Of a DNA stretch of 64,000 bases, positions 12,357 through 25,777 are shown piece after piece. The position numbers and the translations under genes are program-made. The DNA is from Trichoplax sp. H2. Taxonomy: Eukaryota. The stretch is taken from NCBI GenBank assembly GCA_003344405.1, contig NOWV01000002.1, positions 1,488,001-1,552,000 of the forward strand. The letters are read 5' to 3'. Position 1 is the first letter of the stretch; the number at the start of each line of letters is the position of its first letter. The notes under the pieces are model-generated. The model did no database searches and was not told the DNA's origin. It saw only the letters and a list, made by a program, of their open reading frames with translations.

Positions 12357-13053
12357 GTGTTATACTGTATACTGTATTAGAGCAGAAATATCTACCTTAG
12401 GATAATTTTGTTAGCCTATCCCTATTTAGTTAGCTTCTAATTAGGATATACTGTTGTAGTAAAAGGACTAAAAGTAGAGTCCTTTGTAGTTTTTAGTATG
12501 TAATTAGTATTATTTTACTATACAAAATATCTAGAAAGTGATAGTGTCTTTAAGTTTTACCCTGCCAAATCATCAAGTCGCCATCTTTTCTTCTTCATTA
12601 TTTTACAAGGTATTATATAGATTACTATAGAAGTAGCCCTTTAGAGCAAATGCCTAATCTAAAGAAAGGGCGTTTGATCGTCTATTCAAATTGTAAAGAA
12701 ATTTGACTTAGTAGCAAAACCCTATCCTTAGAGAAAGGGGATTTATAACATGACGATANNNNNNNNNNNNNNNNNNNNTTAATAAATATTTTTAATAACA
12801 CGACAGTATTTTGCAAGGTTAATTATAACCTTTACAGTCATTTTACTATCTTAGATTACTACTAGCTATTATCAAAGAGTTTCAAGCTCCGTAACAATAG
12901 TACAGTAGTGAGACAGTGTTATATACTGTATTAGAGTAGAAATATCTACCTTAGGATAATTTTGTTAGCCTATCCTTATTTAGTTAGCTTCTAATTAGGA
13001 TATACTGTGTTTTAATATAGTATTGGCTTTATGTGAAAGTGACATATATACAT

Positions 13054-13597
13054 TGTGACGGAGTATAGACTCCATCAATTAATTGTGGCATTAGCCTTGG
13101 TAAATAGTAATTAAGATTTTATTAATTGGCAATAACATTTATTTATTAGCTATGGGGTAATTATAACATTATTAGTAGTCTAATTACACTTGTTGTAGAC
13201 TCTGTGCAGAACAATGTGTTTACAGAAGTAATAAGTAATGTTCACACCATAGTAATCTCTGTTACTTTGTGCTGAGCCTTTGGTTGTTAATTGGCTCTTA
13301 ATTAGTTCATAACTCATTAGTGTTGTTTACGCCGTTTGTCATACTAAACCATATAGGCAAACGGCTATACAAAAGCTGTATGTTTTAGAGTTGTTTACCT
13401 AAGCTGTGCACCGAGTGCAACCGAGCTAGGGTATATAAAGCCCAGCTCCCTCACTAGCAGTTCAGTTGTCGGTTGACCGTGGGGTCAGAGTAGTCTTGGA
13501 TGGCAAGACTACCTTCGCTCAATAAAACTATTTTAAAAGTCTAAGACTAGTCTACGCTTAGCCCGTTGGGGCATACTTGGCTGTTGTAGCCCTAGCN
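13054..13597 (+). mobile_element. LTR (truncated by gap) of a second element, on the alternative haplotype contig
   Basis: Starts TGTGACGG exactly where similarity to the empty site (14901-14911) breaks. GGGTATATAAAGCC at ~13429-13442, CAGTT initiator-like sites, AATAAA at 13521. Confidence 0.65.
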
Positions 13598-13894
13598 NNN
13601 NNNNNNNNNNNNNNNNCTAAAGAAAGGGCGTTTGATCGTCTATTCAAATTGTAAAGAAATTTGACTTAGTAGCAAAACCCTATCCTTAGAGAAAGGGGAT
13701 TTATAACATGACGATAAAGTACTGTAATGTAGTCTATACTCGTACAGTTACAGTGCAATCTGACGCTAAAACATCAACTGTCAATACTCGCGAATACTAA
13801 GCGATACTAATGTCAGAAAAGTAGTCGTAGTAGTCATATAAATTTTTTTGATAAGCGTTTACTGTGATCTTCATAAAAAGCGAATTTTTCCGGA

Positions 13895-13979
13895 TTTGTG
13901 TCCGATATAGTTTTCGGATTCTGGGACCGGTCGGGTTTGTGTCCGATATAATTTCCCTGTTTTGGAACCGGTCGGGTTT
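13895..13979 (+). repeat. Two-copy 41-bp tandem repeat, with a degenerate third copy at ~13988-14018
   Basis: TTTGTGTCCGATATA...ACCGGTCGGG units start at 13895 and 13936. Confidence 0.85.
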
Positions 13980-14862
13980 ATTTTTAATTTATGTCTGAAT
14001 TATAATTTTTCTGTTTTAATTTTTGGATTTTTGTTCATGAAAAATATCGTAAGAGTTGATTTTTGAGATTTGAACTTTTTGTTATGAATTTGAAACTTTG
14101 GAATTTTATGACGTGACTTGAAGTCACATTAGGAGATTTAGTGAGGAAAATAGAAAATAAGATGGAAATTGGCAGAAGGTTGTGCTGATTGTTAGGTAGT
14201 TAGAATGTTGTTTTTATGACTAAATCTTGATGTTTAAAGGTTGATTTTTAGACTTTTATAGTGTATTTATGATAGAAATTATGTTAGAAATGAAGTTTGA
14301 TGTATTTTTATAGTTAGCTTGTTACTTTTATAGTGTTTTGTAAGGGAATCGTAGGGTAAATTGTGTCTGAACTTTGAATGATTTTTGTTTTCTTAAATGG
14401 TGCAAAGTAGTTTTCTAAAACGGATCTTAAGGGCGATTGGTTAGCAAATGTTAGTTTTAAATACCTCTGACGGCTCTACGAAGCCTATAAATGATAGTGC
14501 AATTAGAAAATTTAGAGAGAGAGTAGAAGAAGATTTTATTTGAAGAACTTGTATAATTTAAAAGGCCTTCGGGGTCGAATTGTCGTAAGTTAAAACGTTC
14601 TTCTTTTTGAAAGGTTGTTTGGTCGTTGACAGTTTTTAAGTCTGTCATTTATTTTAATAATACTTAAAGCTANNNNNNNNNNNNNNNNNNNNNNNNNNNN
14701 NNNNNNNNNNNNTTGTTTTGAAATAAATTGTTGTTCGGTTATTTCCCCAAATTTTATTTGGTGTCAAAGTATTAGCGTTAAGTCGACCGGAGTGCAACGA
14801 AAGTAGAATCAAAGTTTGTTAAAGTTTCGTAGCTTGATCTCTACACTTTTCATTTCATTACA

Positions 14863-15395
14863 CTGTGTTTTAATATAGTACTAGCTTTATTTGAAAGCGA
14901 CATATATACATATATTGAAATTAATGGTTATTTTAGGGAATGCGAATTATCTACTTACAGTTCGAATCATTGTCATTATAACTTACTTATGGTAGATGGT
15001 AAATTATCATGGAAATGCTCCGTGGTGGGAAATGTCGTAATTTGACTATTCTGTATTAGTCGTCAAATGTCTATGTTCGTAAATACTGTTGTCTGCATTG
15101 TGGAGCAGTAGCTAAAATTAATGTCTAATTCAGTGAATGATTCCAAAGTTAATCGTACTAACTATGACTCATGAGCTATTGAGGAAGAGTATATAAACGC
15201 AATATATCGTGTAATAAAGTTAATTCTTAAACTTAGTGTTTAACGTAAAATACAAGGCGTCTAAGTCTTTGTGTAGTCTGCTAGTAGAGCAAAAGTGTTC
15301 CTGATAATGCAGATATCGTTCCTTGATACGTGGCTCAAGGAATTGACTTATTGATTGGACATTACGTTATCATTTTACAAAGCTGTTTTGTAACA
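14863..15395. repeat. Dispersed repeat B, copy 2 (right part, downstream of the LTR insertions)
   Basis: Aligns to ~2400-2875, with a ~50-bp extra segment at ~15229-15281. Confidence 0.85.
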
Positions 15396-18300
15396 AGTAG
15401 TTTTTAAATCATTAATTGAATTTCTGTTTATTATAACGGCATTGAGTTACTTATTTCACAAGGTTTTGTATGTTCTTCTAACTGAAACTGCTGCGTAATA
15501 TTTACACAACTCTTCTAAATGACTATCACAAAGAACTTCCTTTCTTTTGATTGTATTTTTGTTACGTGGATAAGTTTATTTAATAATTATTGCAGCTGCA
15601 AATATTGGGAAAATTGTTGTTGCAAAATATTTAATAAATTTACCATTTCTAAATATCTTTAGGCTGATATAAAGAGATATTGTATTTAGATAGAAGTAAT
15701 CAAGGTGAGTTATTAGTTTAGGATTATTTAAAGTCTACTATTGCTTGGTTTCTAATTTTCTCGTACTTGATAACTGGTTAAAATTTCATTTTCATTAAGA
15801 ATTTACCATAACATTAAAATTTAGTCATATAATTAATCCCTACTAAGATTTTTAATTTTCTACCGCAATTTACTACACAGTTAATCATATTTTATAATTC
15901 ACTAATGATCTGTCATAGTTTGAGATTTTAAATGCCTTGACTTTGGATAGCAAAGATTTTATTTGGATGTAAACTTACTATAAAATCTGATCTTATTTCT
16001 ATAAAACTTTCGTAAATAATAAAGTCTATAGATGCTTAGGATAAAATTTTAGCGTTAAAAAATTATTTTAAAAGCATTACAATTTTTCGTATCATTAGTC
16101 TATTTTATAATCAGGAGTTCGAATTCTCAACCATGCGATAATTTAGAAATGGCAGGTTATATCTGTTAAGATAAACCTGACAGCATTAGTATATCATACC
16201 AAATGCGTTTGTTTATTTATCATCTTTGGAGTGAAATACTTTGTAATCAACCTTCGTTTATTCTACAACTACAATACCATAGTAATCAAATTTATTACAG
16301 GATGATAAAATGAAAAGTAACCTTGGTAATAATGTACAGCCGTGGTTTATCCTCGTATGCTTAAGTAACATTTCGATACTATGTGCATATCTAAAAATTT
16401 TTAGTAATTTTACTTTTGTTTATTATCTAAACTTCATCGAATACAGAAAATTTGAAGTAAAATAGAATTAGCATAGTTGTTGACATCTTAGGAGTTTATT
16501 TTATTATAAAATTTAAAATTTCCTATTGAACCTAACAATTTTACTATCTACGAAATACGACTAAATTAATGCTAAAGGATAAAAGGAGCTTATTAAAGAT
16601 TCTAAACGCAATTTATGACAATTTTATTGTTTGGCCCTATAATAATTTATAACTATTTCGGTAGTGATAATTAAAAGATGTAGATTTAAAATAAGAGCTA
16701 CGTGTGAGTTAGTAACTGCTGACCGTTAGGCAATATAAAGGCTAGAGAAGAAAGTTTATGACTAAGGGATAAAGTAGGGTTTTTAGTCACGGCCACAAAC
16801 ACCAAATATAAATATTATAGTAGTACATACAAACCTCAACCCGTCTCATCATCAGCCTTGGTCTCATATATACTTTAATGCTGCTTAGTCTACTAAAGCC
16901 CTATTTCAAAATTATTTTAATAAGTTATTTCACGAATGATCTGATTTTTTAGAATAGATTATATTTAGACGGAAAGACACTATTTAATTTTTAATTAATT
17001 GCGTAAACTAATGTAGCTAATTACTGTAGTTCACTCACAATATATTGGAAAAATGATATAAAATGAAATTATTACACGTTATAGAATAATTACTCGCTTG
17101 CTGTAAACTTTCAATTAGTATCACCTAATGTTCAAATAGAAAACTATTTTATATAGCTGTTACTTTTTTTTGTACGCAATGCAGAGCACAATAGTCATCT
17201 GGCTATTTTAAAGGTAATGGTAGATCATATTTTATAAGTATTCGGCTATAAAATAGATTAATCGCTACAGATTTTAGTGAAAAGATTTTTCGTCTGCGGT
17301 ATTGTAACCTAGAATAACAAAAACGAGTATTTAATTCATACCAAATCACAATCATGTGAGAGCCAAGCTGTATTTCTGGTGTGGCTTAAATGATGTCTTC
17401 ACATCAAGTTATAATGATATTCTTAGCATTGAAGCAAATATACTAGCGTTGTATGATCCTGTCAAAGAGTTTTCTGAAAACTAAGCATTAGGAATGATGG
17501 GATTAGCGAAGTGAATCTAACTTCCATTTGTTCCACTCTTGAATTTATTACCGATTGCTAAACTGTTGAAGGGTTCTAATTACAGCCAATAATTGCCATC
17601 TCTATATAAAGAGTCTTAGTATTATACATATGTGAACACATATATTTTTAAACAAGCTAGCCTATTATTAAAATAATCTTAAAACTCTTAGCTATTGATA
17701 AAAACTTAGATAGCTATAAATATAGCTGGCATTATTTGGATTATAATTTATGGAGAATAGACCATTTTAAAGTTTTAAATTGCATACAGATGCCCTAGTT
17801 GCCTAATAAACACAGATTTACTTATAGTTAATTTGCTAACTTTAGTGATATACAGAAAATTGTACCACAGAATAGTTCTAAGCTCTTGTAATTAGTTACT
17901 AGACTTTAAAGTAACAATTAATTAAAAAAGTAGTTTCTGCTCGAAAATGTCGTAGAGAAATAAAGAAATACTGTTGCAGCAATAAAGAAAGGTAGAAGTT
18001 TTGCAAGACTTGGATATTACGGCTAATCTTAAGTTTTTAAATTTTGTAATCAATTTGATTGCTTATGATAGGAATTCTACTCTTTTTTATGTTAATGCTC
18101 TTATTATTAAATTATATTGCTGTTTGGTAAAGCTACATTTGTCGTATGCTTTGTGTATATTTTCGATAATTTCAGAATGAAACATACATCGTACATTGGT
18201 ATTTTCCTACCCGATTTTCTTTCGGTTTAAAGTACAGTGGTATTTTTTATTAAAGTAGACCAATAATTATTTACTACAATTGAATTAAACATATAAAAAT

Positions 18301-21300
18301 GATTAGAGAACTGATATTATGACTAGTTACAGAATGTTCTTTTCATATTTATGAAAGATGAAACATCGAGATAAAGCTGTTCTTCGTAAGCAATGCGGGA
18401 CAATAAATAAATTCTAGGGATATTGATTATAAAGATTCAGTGATAAATTCGAGTTTCTTTTATTCAATTTGATTTTCATACAATGCCACTCCTTGAGGCA
18501 TTTTAGAGGATAGTATTCCTTAAATGGCATTAGTTCTTTAATAAATAATTTACATTGTATCTAGACTGCGAACTAATATTTTTGTAGAAAGTCTCAAAAT
18601 CAATCTCGCTGTTATTTCATTCTGGTCACAAACAGTTTAATTCGAGGTAATGACGTTAATTAATTAAATTATTTTATTAATCATCTTTTGTTTTCGCCTA
18701 ATTACGTGTAATAATGAGTAAATACACTACCATACATGACGAGAAATTACTAAATCTATAGTATGCAAATCTATATGATTGTAAATTATGCTTATTACGG
18801 ATATTGCTTAAGAAGTATTCTTAAAATCAAGAATGTGTTAATCGTAAACTTCAATTCTTGATAGATTATTAATAAAATAATTAAATCTGTATAAGATCTG
18901 AATGGCTTTGGCATTTTCGTACTATAGCACACAAATTGAAAATTTCCGTAAAATTAAAGTCATACAAATGTGTTAACCTGACTCATAATATCAAAAATAG
19001 CATCATCTTTAGTATTTTATGTGATATCCATTTTGTTTGCTATACGCGTTTATTGTCATCTTCATTCTTTGACACTGCATATCCTGTGGGCGGAAGATCA
19101 AAATCGAATCAATTATTAATATATATTAATAATTGTATAATTGCCAACCAAAGTGGATATTGCTTTCAATGTATTGGTGTTTACTTGTCTTCGTCATAAA
19201 TTAGATGCATTTTAGTAGTTTATGACCCAATGATCAATTAGATTTTGTATTAACAAATCGTAATTGTAGCAATAGCATTGCTACTCAATATTCATATAAG
19301 ATTTCCTTTCGCTTGAGAAATAATCTAGTGATATGATGGTATAGCGTACTTATCATTCTCAAACCTTGATCTATCAGATCCTGTGTTAGATTTGAGTAGC
19401 GGGAAAAGATTCATGATGAGTTTGTTCATGTTATAGCGGAAATGTTACGTGAAATATAAATAATGTTAAGGCATGCTGTTCTTGCCAGCTCAATATAATC
19501 AAAATAAAAAGCAAATTTAGAATAAATCGAAAATTTTAAATAGTATCTAGTATTTATAAGTCTATATGCAGTGTGTCTTAATATTCAATTAGTGAAACAA
19601 TTTCTATTTAATGGTAGATGAATAACCTTGTCATTATGACTAATATTAGCATATAATGCAACAAGATTTCATAAATTGGAAGTTCTATGTTAATTATTTC
19701 TTTGTAGAGAAAATCTATAGCAAATTGTTCAAGATTAAATGTTCAATTTTTATTCATCTTCATTAGAAAAAAATGCATTAATTGAATGTTAATTACTTGT
19801 CTAGACGACAAGGATTTCGAGGTGATTTATATTAAAAAATCATACTAGTACTTTGAAAGGTAGTTTTTTTCAAGGTAATGAATATTGAATTATAAGAAGA
19901 ATAAGAATTTTAGGATTACAATTAGTTTACCTTATGACAAGCCCTATCAGTACTTATTTCAAATTGAAGAGCATAATATTATAAGACAAGCGGATATTAA
20001 ATTACATAAAATTGTGAACTTCAATTGAGAGTTTTTACTTATTATTGCTACATCAAAATTTGAATTTGTCGAATACTCAATATTAATATATCAAGCTGAA
20101 TTGGACTGATCTTCAATTTTGTATTACTTTAATAATAGAAGCTAGACGTAAGTATAGCAGCTAACTAACGGTATAATTTACTTCGTAAATGTAATTATTA
20201 ATACTCTTATTACTATTTTCTTTTATGATATGAGTTTTACCTGGACTACAATAATGATTTATGTACATGATCGAATGTCTCGGAGTAGGTTGATATGAAC
20301 TTCACTTTCTTTCTGATTTTACTGTATTCGTCATCAAATACAGAAGCGCTGGGCGAACTACTATTCATTCTCTTAGAATCTTTCTCTGTAGATAATTGCA
20401 TAACCTTACGGTATGACATACAAAACTTATTTATTTGGCGCTCCTACTATAAGGCAAAACAAATTGCTTTTAAAATTTATTGCAGTATATGCGCATAATT
20501 TAATTCGAAGAGAATCATTAAAGGCTAATAGAAAATGCTAATTTTGAAGTAAAATCTTATAGCAACCGAGAGTAAACATTTAAAGAAAATTATTAGTATT
20601 TGTTTTGTCATTGTTCCTGGGTATAGTGTGTCGTATATGTCAGTCATAGTTGAAATTATGATTAGAAGAGGCAATTTCGAGAAATTGGAACCTCACCCTA
20701 AGTTAACACTTATAATTTAAAAGGTATTAGTATTAAACGGAAAGCATTTTATAAATTGTATGTAGAAATTCTCAGTGTTGTTACGTAGAAAGAACTGGCT
20801 TTAAAATGGTTATCGATTAATTAAGGCTAAAAGATTATCAATTCTATACTGGTCTCCTAGATTAGTTACCATCATATAATATACAATATTGCTTCTAAGT
20901 TTGAAATTGTAATTTATTCCAACCATGAAACTATTCGAATGAGGAAATTTTAATTTATAATTAAGATTTGGAGGGATTATTTAAAATACTTCAGATTGTC
21001 ACAATTGGCCTAGAGTGATATAGGGAGGAAGCTACTCCATGTAGATTTTCTTTTAATCATAGATAGTCAGTAAAAATGAGTGATCGGTTTTAAGATTTCG
21101 CTTGATAAATTGAATTTTCTGGGCAGTCTCGCGGTCTAAGAATTGGTTAAGAAATAAATTATGTAGTGCTATGATTAGATATAAAAGCGTTTCCAGTCTT
21201 CGTTAGTTATTGTGATGCTAGAAAGGAAAGTCTGTAATAGAAGAAATAGAGAGTCTACTGCTTGATATTCTCTATTTATTTTCTTATTAATACTCTTTGC

Positions 21301-21758
21301 GACTCGATATTCGCTTTCGTTTCTATAATAGAACGCTATATCAATCAATCTTTTGCTCTTTAGTCACCCTGAATAAAATAAAAATTGCGTAAAAATTGAT
21401 TTTTATTTTGTTTAATCAATTGAAAATGAAAGTTATTTTCTTATCGTGAAGTATATTACTTCAACATTTGGTTTTCATTGTATTAGTAGCAGATGGGCAA
21501 ATGACCCAAGTGTACTTTCGTCCTATTTTGCTTTTAATACATCAATAGTTCGTAATATCGTTCGCAATTTTCATATTAAGTTTTATCCAAGCTTTAATAT
21601 GATGTGGTATATATTCGTGCATACGTTGCATGCTAGATTAGTCATTTGTGATTTAACTTTATTGGACATTAATCGCAATGATACATCCTACTAAGATTAG
21701 TTCTCGTTTATTCAATAGCTAGTTCACAAAATATCAAACCTGTATATCTGATGGGATC

Positions 21759-22883
21759 ATGGCAAATGCGGAGGATATCGCTTATTATACACGAGTATTG
21801 CAAAATAATAATGGAGTGCGTATTGTAACATGGATGTTTGGAATTATTGCCATTCCATCGAATTTGATCATCATTCTATGGATAGCATATAATTACTGTC
21901 AAAATGGCTTGCTTCATCGGTATTTCAGACATCGTAACAGCTTTAACTTAAATCCTTCTTTCGCATTTTTGCTATTTAACTTAGCGGTATCGGATCTCCT
22001 TGGCGGAAGCTACCTTCTAATCTTAGCTATCAGCGACGCTACATATACTATATCGCAAAATTTCAGTAATATTAGCTATTTACGAATTCATCCTTCTGTT
22101 GATACTTGGATTATTAGTCCAACCTGTTCCGTAGAAAGATTCTTAGCTCAAACATCCCTTATTATTTCTATTTTAATAACCTTTGTTATAACCCTTGACC
22201 GCTATTTAGCCGTTTTTTATTCAGCATCAACTCGGTATCGAATTTCAGTATTTCAAGCACAAGTCACATTGGCTGTATTCTGGACTATTGGAATAATCCT
22301 TGCCATATTAGGCGCAGTTGATAGCTATAGCATTTCTTTAAAGAAACCCGGCCATTATAGTATTCTTGGACACTTATGTCAATTAGAAGGATCGAGCACA
22401 TTTATCATTAATGCTCTAACATACCTCGATATGACTGTCGGTATTGGAGTCAATATTGTGATTGCTATACTTTATATCGCTATATTAATCCGATTAAAAA
22501 GACATCGACAAAGCATACAGCAACGTAAATCACCTATTGAACGTCATATTCAAGTTATAACTGCATGGATTATTATTACTAGCGTAGTAACGTGGATACC
22601 GGTTATCGTGTGGGTAATTATTCAACGCGCTATGACTCCAGTAGAATTTGATGATCGAGAAAATTTCCTTTTGCCGATACTTGTCATCATGTTGTATTCT
22701 AATACGGCGCTTAATCCGCTTATTCCTGTCATCATTAAAATACTAGTTACTTCACGACTGCATAATTTATTTACCCCAAGAACTGACGTTACACCTAGCC
22801 AGTCAAGGGATAAAATGAACGTTGTTGTTATAACTACTACAATTATTCCCAAAGTTATTGCGTCGGACTCGGCCAATGTCTGA
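21759..22883 (+). CDS. Intronless class A GPCR, paralog of 5137-6198, 374 aa
   Basis: TM2 NLAVSDLLGGSYLLILAISD; WIISPTC; LDRY; HYSILGHLCQLE (paralog HLSILGFLCQLE); VTWIP; NTALNPLIP. In-frame TAG at 21720-21722 upstream of the ATG. Confidence 0.93.
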   Translation: MANAEDIAYYTRVLQNNNGVRIVTWMFGIIAIPSNLIIILWIAYNYCQNGLLHRYFRHRNSFNLNPSFAFLLFNLAVSDLLGGSYLLILAISDATYTISQNFSNISYLRIHPSVDTWIISPTCSVERFLAQTSLIISILITFVITLDRYLAVFYSASTRYRISVFQAQVTLAVFWTIGIILAILGAVDSYSISLKKPGHYSILGHLCQLEGSSTFIINALTYLDMTVGIGVNIVIAILYIAILIRLKRHRQSIQQRKSPIERHIQVITAWIIITSVVTWIPVIVWVIIQRAMTPVEFDDRENFLLPILVIMLYSNTALNPLIPVIIKILVTSRLHNLFTPRTDVTPSQSRDKMNVVVITTTIIPKVIASDSANV

Positions 22884-25777
22884 AAAATACAATACATTTC
22901 CATTACTTATTAACTGTCTAAATAAATTGAAAAACATCGATTTTTTTATATCATAACAATTATTAGAATTTATTTTTGCTTTATTGCATTAGTGGGCTAA
23001 ATTACTTTCTAAATTATCTATTCTCTAGTGATTGATGGTTGTTACGGTAATAGATTAACCGATATCTTATTATGAAAGAACCAGAAGAAAAAATTACTTA
23101 CAGTATTTCTCGCAGAGTCAAATTGACGAGGTAGCGTAATTTTTTTATTAGTCTATAATATCAAAAAAAGCTGTATTCACACAAATTTTGTCGAGTGATT
23201 GGAGTTATCCATCAAATTAGTCAGTAATACTTTATCACGGTCATTAAGATGTAGTAAATAGCTATATAATTACAGTATTTGACTACTCTTGGTGGCTGTA
23301 CAGAAATCAAGATAATGGTTACTGGATTGATGCTCTCTATTACATATTTCATTAAAGTTAAATATCAAACTTCTCTCTACGTAAAGAGCTTCAAGACCGG
23401 CAAACTAGATAATGATGACGTAAAATCATTGCTATTTTTGACAGATTATGAAAATCACCTATTCCAATAGGACCAAATTTTACGTGAAAATAGCTATTAT
23501 TGCAAATTTGGCTAAATAAAAACAACGATTCTCAACATTAGCATTATGAAGATGGCAAATTAAACGACAAAAATTTGTCCAAGTATCACTAATTCTTCCT
23601 GATTTACTAAACATATCTACAAGTATATGCTGAGTCGTCATTCGGGAATTGCTACCAATTTTCTCAGCGATAATAATCATCAGATCAATTAGCTATAGCT
23701 TCCGTAGTTTGACTACCAGGAAAGCAATCCACTTAGCAACAGCTTGGCAATCGTCTCAGTCATTGGGACATAATTACTGTTACCTAGCTATAGAAACGAT
23801 TCATTCTATTTTTATAATGTATTCACGACAAGCTTGAAGACAGTTGTTTTGCTATCTAATTATTTGATTCAACAACAAAAATATCGCCGCAAGCATTAAA
23901 ATTATAGATTCAGTAAACAACAATTAATGTCGCTTTACTTCATTATTGGAGCCACGAAGATCAATTTGTGAATTTCTTTACGAAAATATTAATAACGACA
24001 GTGTGGCAAACCACATATGGCTCCTAAAATAGTATTACTACAACTATCTACTCCCCTTAGCATTCACATTTTTAATTTATTCTACTCTTATAATAACCCA
24101 TCGTTTTTGCTTTCGATTTACAAATGCGGTAACAAGAGCAAGGATAGCATTTAATTGTTTGGCGTAGGATAGGCAGTCGAATTTAGTTGGTGAGATAGTT
24201 TAGATCCTAGAGTTAATGAAATTAATTATCACTTAAACGTCATCAACTTTGCAAGATAGGCGAAAATAATGGCTGATCTGACTAACAGCATCAATCACAT
24301 TTAATTTCTTTAGTAGTTTTTTTAAAGTGTTGCGCAAAAGTGAGCTTCTACATATATTCCATACTAGAGGAACCCCACATGAAACAGTATCATACCGTGA
24401 ATGTAATCAATCGATTATTATAGCTGATCAAATATACGAGCATATAAAGCGGTAAGAATAGTTAATAAGCCAACTGATAATTATTGCCAAACGTAGATGT
24501 AACAACTAATGGAATCAATATTCATTTGATTGATAAATAAATTCACTATGTTCACATACAATTTTTGAATAATATAACCATAGCGGAGAGGATTATAAGA
24601 ATTATCTAGATTAGGCTCCGTTCTTTTCCATCCTTACTGTCATTCAAATGTAGTGATTAATATTATGAAATAAAGTTAATTCCATTACCACATTTGTCAT
24701 TCTGCGATTCAAAGAGCTATTGGTGATAATCTGTGTTAATTCGATAAGGGTGGTATTGTAATTTTTTAGTAAAATTATGTAACCATTTATGCGACGCACT
24801 TTCGAATAGAAAGTTACTTGAAATAGTGGATCGACCTCAACAAAAATAATTTCTGCATGTGTATGTTTAACCATCATAAGTATGAATGTCAATTCCAAAA
24901 CATGAATCAGCAATACTGGTAGGAGGTCTTTTTTACAGTATAACCAATTCTCTTCATGCATATATTCAGCTTTACTATAGCCGAGGAAGAGCTGTAACAC
25001 TGCGTCAATACTTATATTATGCACTAAACGCAGGAACTATAATTATACAGAAGTGCCGCCAAACAGATTAAAAATGTCATTTAAGATGTTGTAATTCAAG
25101 AAATGAATGACTAAGCATCTTTAATTAAATACCCACATCAAGATCAATAATCAATGAATAATTGAAACAAATTAGTCCACTACTAAAGCTATTGCAGTAA
25201 TAAGTTGATCAAGGTAAAGAGAATAATTATTCAAGCAGACAAAAATCAAATCTTATTTCGAAATTATTAATTCGATATAAATCAAAGGTTAACATATTTA
25301 AAGTATTCATACTTTAGGAATGTATGATTTCTACGGTTGACTGTAATATACGGATTAATAATTATGTTCGATTTTCATAAACTTAGAATATTGATAATCG
25401 TGAAACATGTTCATTACCTATGTTATCATCAAGTCTTTAGCTATAGCTATGGTACTCGTATATCAGGTAACATATGAATATCATCAGTCAAGTTCAAGAA
25501 GAAACCTAGTTCTATACGATTAAATGAAATACATGTAACGATATACAGGAATTTGACTATTCCGGTAGTTATGTTCTAAACTGCAAAATTTTTCTTCCAT
25601 AGTTATATACATTATTGGATTACAGGTTCTGCCCAGTTACATTCTTTCCCAAATTTATCTCAGCTAGGATGATAGCGCTGATTATATTTAATGATACAAC
25701 GTAATTATTAGACAAAATTATAGTTTGTCATTATGTTAAAACATATAATAAACTGTGAATATCCGAATTTCATCATA

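Larger units (their letters stand above)
12455..14862. mobile_element. LTR-type insertion with TGTA..TACA ends and 4-bp TSD CTGT (interrupted by gaps and an alternative-haplotype contig)
   Basis: Left junction GATATA-CTGT|TGTAGT (TSD 12451-12454); right junction ATTACA|CTGT-GTTTT (TSD 14863-14866); empty site GATATACTGTGTTTT at ~12999-13013. Segment 12658-12758 overlaps 13617-13716 across the gaps. Confidence 0.72.

Noticed and set aside
13895..14018. CRISPR-like repeat-spacer pattern
   Set aside because: Only 2-3 contiguous tandem units with similar internal sequence, in eukaryotic DNA with no cas genes.
16112..16138. tRNA T-loop-like GTTCGAAT
   Set aside because: T-stem pairs poorly; no D or anticodon arm or acceptor stem.
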